A stretch of 64,000 bases of DNA from an uncultured Verrucomicrobiae bacterium (GCA_963719495.1 CAVRCI010000005.1:96001-160000), one strand, 5' to 3'. Shown: positions 19,209-29,633, numbered from the stretch's first letter. Numbers and translations: made by a program. Notes: a model not told the origin generated them from the sequence alone.

Positions 19209-20465
19209 ATGAGCGACCGACCCTTCTTCAGTAATCTCAAGTGCCGCGAGTGCGGGCGCCTCTACCCCAAGGAAGCCCTCCACATCTGCGAATTCGACTT
19301 CGGCCCCCTCGAAGCCGCCTACGACTACGACGCCATCCGCGCCTCCATCAGCCGCGAAGTCATCGAATCCCGCCCCCACGGCATGTGGCGCTACCGGGAA
19401 CTCCTCCCCATCGACGGCGCGCCCACCGTCGGTCTCCAGACCGGCTTCACCCCGCTCGTCCGCGCCGACCGCCTCGCCGAGCGCCTCGGCGTCGACGAAC
19501 TCTACGTCAAGAACGACACCGTCAACTACCCGACCCTCTCCTTCAAAGACCGCGTCGTCTCAGTCGCCCTCACCCGCGCCCAGGAACTCGGTTTCAAGAT
19601 CGTCGCCTGCGCCTCCACCGGCAACCTTGCGAATTCCGTCGCCGCGAACGCCGCCGCCGCCGGCCTCACCAGCTACGTCCTCATCCCCTCGAACCTCGAG
19701 CAGAGCAAAGTCCAGGGATCCCTCGTCTTCGGCTCCAACGTCATCGGCATCGAAGGCCCCTACGACCAGGTGAACCGCCTCTGCTCCGAGATCGCCGGCA
19801 AATACGGCTGGGGCTTCGTCAACGTCAACCTCCGCCCCTACTACGCCGAAGGCAGCAAATCCATGGGCTTCGAGATCGCCGAGCAGCTCGGCTGGAAGCT
19901 CCCCCGCCACACCGTCATCCCGATGGCCAGCGGCTCGCTCCTCACCAAGATCTACAAAGCCTACACCGAGTTCTTCAAAGTCGGCATCCTCGACGAACAA
20001 CCCTTCAGCGTCCACGGCGCGCAGGCCACCGGCTGCTCCCCGATCAGCGCCGCCCTCAAGAAAAAGACCGACATCGTCAAACCCGTCCCGAATCCGCAAA
20101 CCATCGTCAAATCCCTCGCCATCGGCACCCCCGCCGACGGTTACTACGCGATCCGCACGATGAACGAGACCGGCGGCAGCGCCGAGGATTGCACCGACGA
20201 AGAAGTCATCGAAGGCATCAGCCTCCTCGCCGAGACGACCGGCATCTTCGCCGAGACCGCCGGCGGCACCACGGTCGCCTGCGCCAAAAAACTCATCGAA
20301 AGCGGCAAGATCCCCCGCCACGAATCCATCGTCCTCTGCATCACCGGCCACGGCCTCAAAACCCAGGAAGCCATCACCGGCAAAGTCGGCGAAGCGAGAA
20401 TCATCAAACCCAGCCTCCGCGAATTCGAAGCCCTCATCGCCGACGAAGTCGCCGTCCCCGCCTAA
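19209..20465 (+). CDS. thrC: Threonine synthase-family PLP enzyme (possibly O-phosphohomoserine sulfhydrylase)
   Basis: N-terminal CRECG..C, PTLSFKDR (PLP Lys), CASTGNLANS, EGSKSMGFEIAEQLGW, TGHGLKT. Confidence 0.85.
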   Translation: MSDRPFFSNLKCRECGRLYPKEALHICEFDFGPLEAAYDYDAIRASISREVIESRPHGMWRYRELLPIDGAPTVGLQTGFTPLVRADRLAERLGVDELYVKNDTVNYPTLSFKDRVVSVALTRAQELGFKIVACASTGNLANSVAANAAAAGLTSYVLIPSNLEQSKVQGSLVFGSNVIGIEGPYDQVNRLCSEIAGKYGWGFVNVNLRPYYAEGSKSMGFEIAEQLGWKLPRHTVIPMASGSLLTKIYKAYTEFFKVGILDEQPFSVHGAQATGCSPISAALKKKTDIVKPVPNPQTIVKSLAIGTPADGYYAIRTMNETGGSAEDCTDEEVIEGISLLAETTGIFAETAGGTTVACAKKLIESGKIPRHESIVLCITGHGLKTQEAITGKVGEARIIKPSLREFEALIADEVAVPA

Positions 20466-20506
20466 AAACTTAATTCTTAAAACTTAAAAACTTAAAACTC
20501 CCAAAA

Positions 20507-20776
20507 ATGACCGTCCGCATCCCCACCCCACTCCGCAAGCTCACCGGCGACCAGGAAGTCGTCACCGCCTCTGGCGACACCGTCGGCGACATCCTCCAGA
20601 ACCTCGACAAGACGTATCCCGGCATCGGCGAGCGAATCTACGACGAAACCGGAGCCGTCCGCCGCTTCGTCAACGTCTTCCTCAATGACGAAGACATCCG
20701 GTTCCTGGAAGGCCCCAAAACCAAAGTCGCCGAAACCGACGAAATCAGCATCGTCCCCGCCATCGCGGGTGGTTAG
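20507..20776 (+). CDS. MoaD/ThiS-family sulfur carrier protein
   Basis: VRIPTPLR...NVFLNDEDIRF...IVPAIAGG, with C-terminal GG. Confidence 0.92.
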   Translation: MTVRIPTPLRKLTGDQEVVTASGDTVGDILQNLDKTYPGIGERIYDETGAVRRFVNVFLNDEDIRFLEGPKTKVAETDEISIVPAIAGG

Positions 20777-20785
20777 TTCTGATCT

Positions 20786-20883
20786 TTGAACAGAAGGCCG
20801 CAAAGAGCGCAAAGAATACCAAGAATTCAGAATTTGTATTTCTTCTGAATCTCCTTTGCGACCTTTGCGACCTTCTGTTCGAA
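20786..20883. repeat. Inverted pair of GCAAAG-type 9-mer repeats
   Basis: TTGAACAGAAGGCCGCAAAGAGCGCAAAG ... CTTTGCGACCTTTGCGACCTTCTGTTCGAA. Confidence 0.65.
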
Positions 20884-20901
20884 CCGTATTGGTATTTCAT
20901 C

Positions 20902-21150
20902 ATGTCCGCCCAATCCACCCGCCTCTGGCTCATGTATCCCGCGCGGCTCATCACGCGACCCATCGTGTATGAGCTCGCCAAGGAATTCGAAGTCGTCACG
21001 AACGTCCGCCAAGCCAGCGTGACCGACGAGATCGGTCTCGTTTCCCTCGAACTCGACGGCGAGCGCGACGAAATCAAGAAAGCCATCGCCTGGCTCGAAG
21101 ACCTCGGCGTCAAAGTCGAACCCGTCGAGATCCAGACCATCGAAGGGTAA
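20902..21150 (+). CDS. NIL domain protein
   Basis: L.YP..LITRPIVYELAKEFEVVTNVRQASV....G...LELDG. Confidence 0.85.
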   Translation: MSAQSTRLWLMYPARLITRPIVYELAKEFEVVTNVRQASVTDEIGLVSLELDGERDEIKKAIAWLEDLGVKVEPVEIQTIEG

Positions 21151-21165
21151 ACCCCGCCCCCGCCC

Positions 21166-21606
21166 GTGGCGCTTCAACGACTCCTCCTCGTCGACGGCCA
21201 CAGCATGATCTTCCAGTGGCCGCAGCTCCGCGCCCTGCACGACCGCAAGACCGCCACCGCCCGCGAGCAGCTCGTCACCCTCCTCACCCGGCTCCACGAT
21301 TCGTCCGATTACCACGTCGCCGTCGTCTTCGATGGAAAAGGTCCCAAAGCCAACGAAACCGACAACCCCGGCGGCATCCAAATCTTCTACTCCGCCGTCG
21401 GCCAGACCGCCGACAGCGTCATCGAGCGCCTTACCGCGAAATACGCCAAGCTATTCGACCTCACCGTCGCCACCGACGACCACCTCGAGCGAACGACGGT
21501 CGAATCCTTCGGCGGCAACTGGATGTCCTCCGAAGAACTGGCCCGGGAAATCCTCCAAGCCGAATCCAACCTAACCGACCGCCTCGCCCGCCTCCGCAAA
21601 CGGTAG
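21166..21606 (+). CDS. NYN domain protein (YacP/Rae1-like)
   Basis: LLVDGHS, VVFDG, TADSVIER, VATDD. Confidence 0.85.
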   Translation: MALQRLLLVDGHSMIFQWPQLRALHDRKTATAREQLVTLLTRLHDSSDYHVAVVFDGKGPKANETDNPGGIQIFYSAVGQTADSVIERLTAKYAKLFDLTVATDDHLERTTVESFGGNWMSSEELAREILQAESNLTDRLARLRKR

Positions 21607-21608
21607 AA

Positions 21609-21640
21609 AGAGTGGCATTGGCTTCCAGCCAATCACCAAC
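21609..21640. repeat. REP-like palindrome GTGGCATnGGCTTCCAGCCnATC
   Basis: Copies at 28707-28760 (inside ispG) and 57428-57477. Confidence 0.7.
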
Positions 21641-21722
21641 CCTACCGGCCAAAGGCCACACTCTCCTCGCAGTGACATCACGATTCGTGACAGCCTCCGC
21701 CTGGGGTGCTAAATCCTGTCGG

Positions 21723-22967
21723 ATGAGTCGCCGACCCGTCGTGATTGATCTGTTCGCAGGCGCCGGCGGCTTTTCTTTGGCTGCCGAACTGGTGGGTGCC
21801 GACGTCACTCACGCGTTCGAGATTGATCAGTGGGCCAGCCAAACGTTGCAGAAGAACCATTCGGACACTCGGGTCATCACCTCCGATATCCAGCGGGTCA
21901 CAAACTCCTGGATTCGCGGGAACATCGAGAGCAATCCCGACATCATCATTGGAGGGCCGCCCTGTCAGGGCTTCTCGCAGGCCGGACCCGCCCGCAAGGA
22001 TCCGAAAGATCCACGAAACTCGCTTTTCCGCGAATTTCTGCGGTTCGTGCGGGTTTTGAACCCCGAAACGGCGATCCTCGAGAACGTCCCTGGACTGTTG
22101 AAGGCCGTCACTTCAGCCGGAAAACCGGTTCCCGAGGTCATCACGGCAGAATTCGAAAAACTTGGGTTCGACGTCAGCATCTTGATCCTCGACGCCCATC
22201 GATACGGGGTCCCTCAGATCCGTCGACGGGTGTTTTTTGTCGCATCGCAGTCCAATTCTTCCACTCTTCCGCCAATACCGACCCACGGAGATCCGGACGG
22301 AGACCTGTTTCGCCAGCCTCGCCTCCCGCTTGTGACCGTCCGGGACGCCATTTCAGATCTCCCGATCGTCGACGTAGGCGATGCGGACGACGGCCTGCCC
22401 TACGCAACCCCGCCAATCCATCCTTTCCAAAAGGTGATGCGCAAGGCGGCGCCAGCTCTCATCGCGAACCATCACCCGATGCGTCACACCGCCCGGATGA
22501 TCGAGCGTTTTCGCTCCATCTCGCCGGGACAATCCCAGAGCGACGCCCCGCCAGAACACGCGCCCCGTCGACGAATGCGCTCGGAGACCGCCGTCGCGAG
22601 TTACGACCAAAACAACCGCCGGATGCACTGGGACCGCCCGTGTCACACGATTGCCGCCAGCTTCTACGCCAATTTTCTCCACCCGGAACTGCACCGCAAT
22701 TTCACGCCTCGCGAGGGTGCCCGGATTCAGAGCTTTCCGGACCGCTATGTCTTTTGTGGCAAACCCACGGTCGTCAGCTCCAAACTTCTCGAACGCGAGG
22801 GCCGGACGGCCGAGCGCTACCTCTCCCAATACAATCAGATCGGAAACGCGGTCCCTCCTCTGCTGGGTGCGGCGGTTCTACGACAGGTTCTTCGAAAAGA
22901 CTCGCCGACCAAGCGTGAAACGACCGCCACTCCGGAAGCGGCCCTCTCCGCGGCCTCACCACGATGA
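21723..22967 (+). CDS. DNA (cytosine-5) methyltransferase
   Basis: DLFAGAGG, GGPPCQGFS, ENVPG, PQIRRRVFF, REGARIQSFPD, QIGNAVPPLL. Confidence 0.95.
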   Translation: MSRRPVVIDLFAGAGGFSLAAELVGADVTHAFEIDQWASQTLQKNHSDTRVITSDIQRVTNSWIRGNIESNPDIIIGGPPCQGFSQAGPARKDPKDPRNSLFREFLRFVRVLNPETAILENVPGLLKAVTSAGKPVPEVITAEFEKLGFDVSILILDAHRYGVPQIRRRVFFVASQSNSSTLPPIPTHGDPDGDLFRQPRLPLVTVRDAISDLPIVDVGDADDGLPYATPPIHPFQKVMRKAAPALIANHHPMRHTARMIERFRSISPGQSQSDAPPEHAPRRRMRSETAVASYDQNNRRMHWDRPCHTIAASFYANFLHPELHRNFTPREGARIQSFPDRYVFCGKPTVVSSKLLEREGRTAERYLSQYNQIGNAVPPLLGAAVLRQVLRKDSPTKRETTATPEAALSAASPR

Positions 22968-23866
22968 CCAATCGCCAAATTTTCGGTCGAGATCTCCCCT
23001 TCGGCGCCAGATACCCGCACGGCTCGAACATCTGTAAAAAGATCAAAGACCTCGACACCGCCTCCAGCAAACGGGCTGACAAACTGATCCACGCCGTCGC
23101 CATGCGCTATCGAGAGTGGCGGGAAACCAGCGAGTCCGAAGTCGGCGACGATGAGAAAAATGATGACTGGCGGGGCTTCGTCGAGCGAGTCGCGGAGGCC
23201 TACGAATCCTATCGAGCTTTTCTGGACGAGGAGCGAATCGACGCCTTCGACTCCCGAAGCGCGCTGCAATCCTCGGCACTGGAAGAATTCTGCACCTACC
23301 TGCTTTCACCCTTGGTCGCGGAATTGGGCGGAGACGTCGACTTGGGGCATCGGGATGTCTTTCACGGTCTGTATTTCTCCGCCGCCAACTTCGAGCAATT
23401 TTCGAAGCTGCCCGATGCCTTCTATCAGCGCGCGAACGTCGATTTTGTCATTTCAAAGCGCCTAGTCAGTTCGTTTTCGGACGGAGGCACCGCCAAAGAA
23501 GAGGTTATTTACATCCCCGTCGTGGCGATCGAGTGCAAAACCTATTTGGACAAGCCGCGCTGGTTTGAAAGCGAAATGCTCGCCGATAATTTGAAGCGCG
23601 GGTTTCCTTACTGCCGTCACTACCTGCTGGCGGAATTTCTGAAACTGGACACGCGTAAGGTGAATATTGTCGGCTCCCGACTTGATCACGTTTACGTTCT
23701 ACGCCGCTCGCCGAACGTCGACCGACGAAAGCGGCGGGCCGACGGGGCGAAACTACCCCCAATCCACGTCCCGGCGGTGCATCATTTGTTCCTGTCCGTG
23801 AAAACGCACCTCACAACCCCTTGGGAACCGGAGCTGGGCTGGCAGGACTCCGGCGTTTTAAAATGA
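22964..23866 (+). CDS. Type II restriction endonuclease, Bpu10I-like family
   Basis: DFVISK...VVAIECKTYLDK motif, SSALEEF; ATGA-coupled to the methyltransferase. Confidence 0.75.
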   Translation: MTNRQIFGRDLPFGARYPHGSNICKKIKDLDTASSKRADKLIHAVAMRYREWRETSESEVGDDEKNDDWRGFVERVAEAYESYRAFLDEERIDAFDSRSALQSSALEEFCTYLLSPLVAELGGDVDLGHRDVFHGLYFSAANFEQFSKLPDAFYQRANVDFVISKRLVSSFSDGGTAKEEVIYIPVVAIECKTYLDKPRWFESEMLADNLKRGFPYCRHYLLAEFLKLDTRKVNIVGSRLDHVYVLRRSPNVDRRKRRADGAKLPPIHVPAVHHLFLSVKTHLTTPWEPELGWQDSGVLK

Positions 23867-25106
23867 TCCACAGCGAAGATTCTTTGTCATCCACCGTCCA
23901 GCACCGCTACGCCCAATCCGTCCTCCCCACCTACGGACGCTTTGACCTCGTGATCGAACGCGGCAGCGGCTCCCGCGTCTGGGACGACGCCGGTCGCGAA
24001 TACCTCGACTTCGGCGGCGGCATCGCCGTCTGCTCGCTCGGCCACGCCCACCCGCGCGTCACCGCCGCCGTCACCGCCCAGGCCGCCACCCTCGTCCACA
24101 CGTCCAATCTCTACTACACCCGCCCCCAGCTCGAACTCGCCGAGCGCCTCGTCGCCTGCGTCGGCACCCCGGGCAAAATTTTCTGCTGCAACAGCGGAGC
24201 CGAAGCCAACGAAGGCCTCATCAAAACCGCCCGCCGCTTCGGCAGCGCCACGCAGCGCCACCACGTCATCACCTTCACCGGCTCCTTCCACGGTCGCACC
24301 ATGGCCGGCATCTCCGCCACCGGTCAGGACAAGGTGAAAACCAATTTCGGCCCACTCCTCGACGGCTTCACCCACGTCCCGCTCGGCGATCTCGACGCCG
24401 TCCGCGCCGCGATCACCCCGCAAACCGCCGCCATCCTCATCGAACCCATCCAGGGCGAAGGCGGCATCCGCCCCGCCGAAGGCAAATTCCTCGCCGACCT
24501 CCGCGAACTCTGCGACGAGCACGATCTCCTCCTCCTCTTCGACGAAGTCCAATGCGGCCTCGGCCGCACCGGCCATTACAACGGCTGGGAAGCCATCCCC
24601 GGCGCGACCGGCATCGTCCCCGACGGCATCAGTTGGGCCAAAGGCATCGCCAACGGCTTCCCGCTCGGAGCCTTCTGGATCCGCGACCGCCCGGTCGGCG
24701 ACGACCGCGGAGCGCTCTGCGACCTCCTCGGCCCCGGCAGCCACGGCACCACCTACGGCGGCAACCCGGTCGCCTGCGGCGCCGGCATCGCCGTCCTCGA
24801 CGAAATCGAAGAAAAAAACCTCCTGGCCCACGTCCGCGAACAAGGCACCACCTTCGCCCAAGCCCTCGCCGACGTGGCATCACCAAAAATCGCCGAGATC
24901 CGCGCCCATGGCCTCATGATCGGAGTCGAGTTCATCGCCGAAGACCCCGACCTCACGGCCCTCGCGATGACCAAAAACCTAATGGCCGCCGGCCTCCTCG
25001 TAGTCCCAGCCGGAGAAAAAACCATCCGCTTCCTCCCCCCCTCAACGTTACGAGCGAAGACATCGCCAAGGCCGTCGAGATCCTAGCCACCCAACTCGCC
25101 GCCTAA
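23863..25106 (+). CDS. argD: Acetylornithine aminotransferase (class III), with a 1-bp deletion in the C7 run at 25035-25041
   Basis: YLDFGGGIAV, NSGAEANE, SFHGRT, EPIQGEGG, FDEVQCGLGRTG, HGTTYGGNP. The C-terminus LNVTSEDIAKAVEIL is in the other frame. Confidence 0.88.
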
Positions 25107-25196
25107 CACCAAGCGCGAAGCGCCCCAAAAAACCTGTCATGCTGAGCGAAGCGAAGCATCTCTGGCAGACACTCCCACCCAGACCGCCACCCCGCG

Positions 25197-25967
25197 ATGG
25201 AATCCACAAACCCCACCGCGGCCCCGCCTGCCAAGCCCCCCGCCGAAGCGCCACCCACTCCCCCCAACACCCCACCACCCACCCCCCTCCGCTTCCGCCG
25301 GATCGCCACCGCCTGCGCCCTCGGCCTCCTCCTCCCCCTCATCGGCGTCGCCCTCGGCATCGCCGGAGCCTTCGACCACGTCACCAACCTCCGCGAAGCC
25401 GGCTGGTGGCTCATCCCCACCTACGTCCTCACCGGAGGAGCTCTGGTCGGCCTCGCCCTCATCCCCTCCCACCTCACCTCCCTGGTCGCCGGCCTCCTCT
25501 TCGGCTTCGCCCGCGGCCTCCCCACCGCCATTGGCATCGTCCTCATCGGCTGCGCCATCGGCTACCACCTCGGACGCCGCTACGCCGGCCACGACCTCCG
25601 CGCCCTCGTCGACCGATTCCCTTGGGGACGCCGCCTCGCCACCGCCATGATCGACGCCCCACCCGGCCGCGCCATCCTCGCCGTCGCCCTCGCCCGCCTC
25701 CCGCCCCAGATGCCCTTCGCCATGACCAACGTCCTCGCCGCCAGCAGCGGCGTCCGCCTCGTCCCACTCATGATCGGCACCGCCATCGGAATGGCCCCCC
25801 GCATCGGCCTCGTCGTCTGGCTCGGGGCCGAGCTGTCCGAATGGAAATTCGGTGCCCCGATCCCGTCCGGCCTCTGGTGGGCCCTCGGCGGCGCGCTCGT
25901 CGGCTTCGGCGGACTCGGCATCTGGAGCTGGCGCCTGCTTCGCAAGTCTTCGCCCGCAACTCCGTAG
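25197..25967 (+). CDS. TVP38/TMEM64 (VTT/DedA-like) membrane protein
   Basis: AGLLFG..G, GYHLGR, LARLPP.MPFAMTN, GTAIGMAP. Confidence 0.8.
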   Translation: MESTNPTAAPPAKPPAEAPPTPPNTPPPTPLRFRRIATACALGLLLPLIGVALGIAGAFDHVTNLREAGWWLIPTYVLTGGALVGLALIPSHLTSLVAGLLFGFARGLPTAIGIVLIGCAIGYHLGRRYAGHDLRALVDRFPWGRRLATAMIDAPPGRAILAVALARLPPQMPFAMTNVLAASSGVRLVPLMIGTAIGMAPRIGLVVWLGAELSEWKFGAPIPSGLWWALGGALVGFGGLGIWSWRLLRKSSPATP

Positions 25968-26057
25968 CGGTCGGCATCAGAAGACTCTCATCACCCCCGC
26001 GTCCCAACGGTTGATTTCCCCCCGGAATCGTCCACTCTGTACGGCCACCCGATTTCC

Positions 26058-27686
26058 ATGATCCTCGACACCCTCAAATTCCTCCTCATCTGCGTTGAAG
26101 TCATCCTCATCTTCAACCTCATGATCCTCGTCCACGAATGGGGTCACTACCTCGCCGCCCGTTGGCGCGGACTCGTCGTCGAAAAGTTCGCCATCTGGTT
26201 TGGCAAGCCCCTCTGGAAAAAAACCATCAACGGTGTCGAATACCGCCTCGGTTCCATCCCCGCCGGCGGCTACGTCGCCATCCCGCAACTCGCCCCGATG
26301 GAACTCCTCGAAGGCGAAGTCGAAAACGACCGCGCCAAATACCCGCCCATCGGCCCACTCGACAAAATCATCGTCGCCGCCGCCGGCCCCCTCTTCTCCA
26401 TCCTCCTCGCCTTCTTCTTCGCCGTCCTCGTCTGGGGCCTCGGCCGCCCCGTCGGCGACATGGAGACCAGCACCACCGTCGGCTTTGTCGTCGAAGACGG
26501 TCCCGCCGCCCAAGCCGGCATCCTTCCCGGCGACAAAATCGTCTCCATCGACGGCAAACCGATCACCCAGTTCGGTCCCGCCGGCAACGCCCGCGAAAGC
26601 GTCATCTGGAACATCGCCCGCAGCGAAAACCCCACCCTCGCCGTCGAGATCGAGCGCAATGGCGCGACCCAGACCTTCGACGTCGCCCCCGCCACCCCCG
26701 ACCGCTCCGGCTGGGGCCGAGCCGGCCTTCGCCAGATCGGCATCGCCCCCTCGGTCACGCCGAAGATCGCGTCGGTCGCACCGGGCAGCACCGAACAAGC
26801 GGCCGGCTTCCAAGGTGGCGATCTGATCACCCAAGCCAATGGCCAGCCGCTCCTCGGCTTCATGGAGCTCACCAAGCTCCTCGACGAGAACAACGGCCAG
26901 CCGCTCCCGGTCACCGTCCAGCGCGGCGACGAGACCCTCCAGCTCGCGCTTCCCGCCGTCGCGCCGACCGTCGACAAGCTCGTCGAAGACGGACCCGCCG
27001 CCAAAGCCGGAATGCAACCCGGCGACGTCATCACCGCCGTCGACGGCCAAGCCCTCACCAGCCGCGCCGCCTTCTCGAAGCAACTCGAAAACGGCGGCGG
27101 CACCCCCGTAGTCCTCACCGTTCGCCGCGGCGGCCAATCCACCACCGTCACCGTCACCCCCGAGGTTCCAAAGTCCGGCAAGATCCCAAGGGTCGGGATC
27201 GCTTGGAACACCGGCGCGATCGATTGGGATTTCGCGGGCGAACTCCACCGCGTCCACCCGAATCCCTTCCAGCAGATCGGCTCCAGCATGACCATGATGG
27301 TCGACACCCTCGGCGCCGTCATCTCGACGAAATCCGAAATCGGCCTCCAGCACCTCTCCGGCCCCGTCGGCATCATGAACGTCTACTACCGCCTCTTCGA
27401 GCGGCAGGATGGCTGGCTGCTCGCGATCTGGTTCAGCGTCGTCCTCAACGTCAACCTTGCCCTCCTCAATCTCCTCCCGATCCCGGTCCTCGACGGCGGC
27501 CACATCACCCTCGCGATCATCGAGAAAATCATGAAACGCCCGGTGAACGTCCGCATCCTCGAGTTCCTGCAGAACGGCTTCGCCCTCGCCCTCATCGGCT
27601 TCATGCTCTACGTCACCTTCTACGACGTCATCGACCTGGGCTGGGGCGGCAAAGGCGACGAACCCACGATGGAATTCAAAAAGTAA
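26058..27686 (+). CDS. rseP: RIP metalloprotease RseP with PDZ domains
   Basis: HEWGH, IPAGGYV, AGP, PDZ repeats, NLLPIPVLDGG; upstream of ispG. Confidence 0.93.
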   Translation: MILDTLKFLLICVEVILIFNLMILVHEWGHYLAARWRGLVVEKFAIWFGKPLWKKTINGVEYRLGSIPAGGYVAIPQLAPMELLEGEVENDRAKYPPIGPLDKIIVAAAGPLFSILLAFFFAVLVWGLGRPVGDMETSTTVGFVVEDGPAAQAGILPGDKIVSIDGKPITQFGPAGNARESVIWNIARSENPTLAVEIERNGATQTFDVAPATPDRSGWGRAGLRQIGIAPSVTPKIASVAPGSTEQAAGFQGGDLITQANGQPLLGFMELTKLLDENNGQPLPVTVQRGDETLQLALPAVAPTVDKLVEDGPAAKAGMQPGDVITAVDGQALTSRAAFSKQLENGGGTPVVLTVRRGGQSTTVTVTPEVPKSGKIPRVGIAWNTGAIDWDFAGELHRVHPNPFQQIGSSMTMMVDTLGAVISTKSEIGLQHLSGPVGIMNVYYRLFERQDGWLLAIWFSVVLNVNLALLNLLPIPVLDGGHITLAIIEKIMKRPVNVRILEFLQNGFALALIGFMLYVTFYDVIDLGWGGKGDEPTMEFKK

Positions 27687-27773
27687 CGCAAGCTTCCAGC
27701 TTGCACCCCCGCAACCCCGCGAAGCGGCACTCCATTTCGAATTCCGCATTTCAAATTTCAAATTCTTGAAGCT

Positions 27774-29633
27774 TTGAGACAAACCACCCGCGAAGTCCAA
27801 GTCGGCAAAGTCACCATCGGCGGTGCCCACCCCATCCGCGTCCAGTCGATGATCACTTGCGACACGATGGACACCGAGGCCTGCATCCAGCAGACCCTCG
27901 ACCTCGTCGAAGTCGGCTGCGAGATCGTCCGAATCACCGCCCCCACGATCAAGGACGCCCGTAATCTCGAACTGATCAAATCAGGCCTCCTCGCCCGCGG
28001 CTGCGACGTCCCACTCGTCGCCGACATCCACTTCAAGCCCGACGCCGCCATGGAAGCCGCCCGCTGGGTCGAAAAGATCCGCATCAACCCCGGGAATTTC
28101 GTCGATTCCAAGAAGTTCAAAGTCCGCGAATACACGGACGCCGAATACAACGCCGAACTCGACCGCATCCGCGAGCGCTTCACCCCGCTGGTCGAGCTGT
28201 GCAAAGATCTCGGCCGCGCCATGCGCATCGGCACGAACCACGGGAGCCTCAGCGACCGCATCATGAACCGATACGGCGACACGCCGCTCGGCATGGTCGA
28301 AAGCGCCCTCGAGTTCGCCCGCATCGCCCGCGACCTCGACTACCACAACTTCGTCTTCTCCATGAAGGCCAGCAACCCCAAGGTCATGATCCAGGCCTAC
28401 CGTTTGCTGGTTGCGCGGCTCGCTTCGCTCGACGAGCAACCAATGGGAAATGCGGAATGTGAAATGAGAAACGAAGCCACCCCGCGAAGCGGGCAAACCA
28501 TTTCTCATTCCACATTTCAAATTTCAAATTCCTCCTGGAACTACCCGATCCACCTCGGCGTGACGGAGGCCGGCGACGGCGAAGACGGCCGAATCAAGAG
28601 CGCCATCGGCATCGGCAGCCTCCTCCACGACGGCATCGGCGACACCATCCGCGTCAGCCTCACCGAAGACAGCCCCCACGAAATCCCGGTAGCCAAGGAA
28701 CTCATCAGAGTGGCATCGGCTTCCAGCCGATCACCAACCAAACCCGGCGAAGCCGCACTTCCCTCCAATCCGAAATCCGAAATCCGAAATCCGAAATCCT
28801 ACGCCCGAAGGGCGTCAAGCCGCCTCCTCATCACCGACACCCCCGTCGGCGGCGACGAGACCGTCCGCATCGTCGTCCACCGCCCCACCTGGGACGCCCT
28901 CGCCCACAAGCTCGACCAGCTCGGCGACTACCAGCCCGAGATCATCCTCGACCAATCCGGCGTCACCGAGATCGACCCCACCGACGAGACCGCCATCGCC
29001 GAAGCCAACGCCAACCGCACCGCCCTCTTTGTCACCGTTCCCGACACCTGCCAGCTCCCGGTTATCGACGCCTACCGCCTCCTCGCCGCGAAGCTCGACC
29101 CCCGCCACCCGATCCTCCTCAAAGACGCTTTTGGATTTTCGAGTTTCGATTCTCGAGTTTCGAGTTTGCTCACCGCGGCCACCAACCTCGGCTCCCTCCT
29201 CTGCGACGGCATCGGCGACGCCGTCCTCATCCAAGGCGAGCCCGCCCCCGGCCAATCCCTCCGCCTCGCTTACCACATTCTCCAAGCCGCGGGCGTCCGC
29301 ATTTTCAAGACCGACTACGTCGCCTGCCCCAGCTGCGGTCGCACCCTCTTCAATCTCCAATCGACCACCGCAAAGATCCGCGCCAGCACCGACCACCTCA
29401 AAGGCGTCCGCATCGCCGTGATGGGCTGCATCGTCAATGGCCCCGGCGAGATGGCCGACGCCGACTTCGGCTACGTCGGCGGGGCCCCCGGCAAGATCAA
29501 CCTCTACGTCGGCAAGACGGCGGTGAAGTTCAACATCCCGGAGGAAGAAGCGGTCGACCGCCTCATCGACCTCATCCGGGAACACGGAAAATGGGTGGAG
29601 AATCCTCGGCCCCAGTTGAGAGTTGAGAGTTGA
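27774..29633 (+). CDS. ispG: (E)-4-hydroxy-3-methylbut-2-enyl-diphosphate synthase, long form with repeat-derived insertions
   Basis: VQSM, ADIHF, RINPGN, RIGTNHGSL, HLGVTEAG, GDTIRVSLT, CPSCGR, MGCIVNGPGE. Confidence 0.95.
   Translation: MRQTTREVQVGKVTIGGAHPIRVQSMITCDTMDTEACIQQTLDLVEVGCEIVRITAPTIKDARNLELIKSGLLARGCDVPLVADIHFKPDAAMEAARWVEKIRINPGNFVDSKKFKVREYTDAEYNAELDRIRERFTPLVELCKDLGRAMRIGTNHGSLSDRIMNRYGDTPLGMVESALEFARIARDLDYHNFVFSMKASNPKVMIQAYRLLVARLASLDEQPMGNAECEMRNEATPRSGQTISHSTFQISNSSWNYPIHLGVTEAGDGEDGRIKSAIGIGSLLHDGIGDTIRVSLTEDSPHEIPVAKELIRVASASSRSPTKPGEAALPSNPKSEIRNPKSYARRASSRLLITDTPVGGDETVRIVVHRPTWDALAHKLDQLGDYQPEIILDQSGVTEIDPTDETAIAEANANRTALFVTVPDTCQLPVIDAYRLLAAKLDPRHPILLKDAFGFSSFDSRVSSLLTAATNLGSLLCDGIGDAVLIQGEPAPGQSLRLAYHILQAAGVRIFKTDYVACPSCGRTLFNLQSTTAKIRASTDHLKGVRIAVMGCIVNGPGEMADADFGYVGGAPGKINLYVGKTAVKFNIPEEEAVDRLIDLIREHGKWVENPRPQLRVES

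Noticed and set aside
27774..29633. Intein or intron in ispG
   Set aside because: Inserts are only ~10-30 codons, lack C/S...HN splice motifs or intron cores, and match local repeat families.
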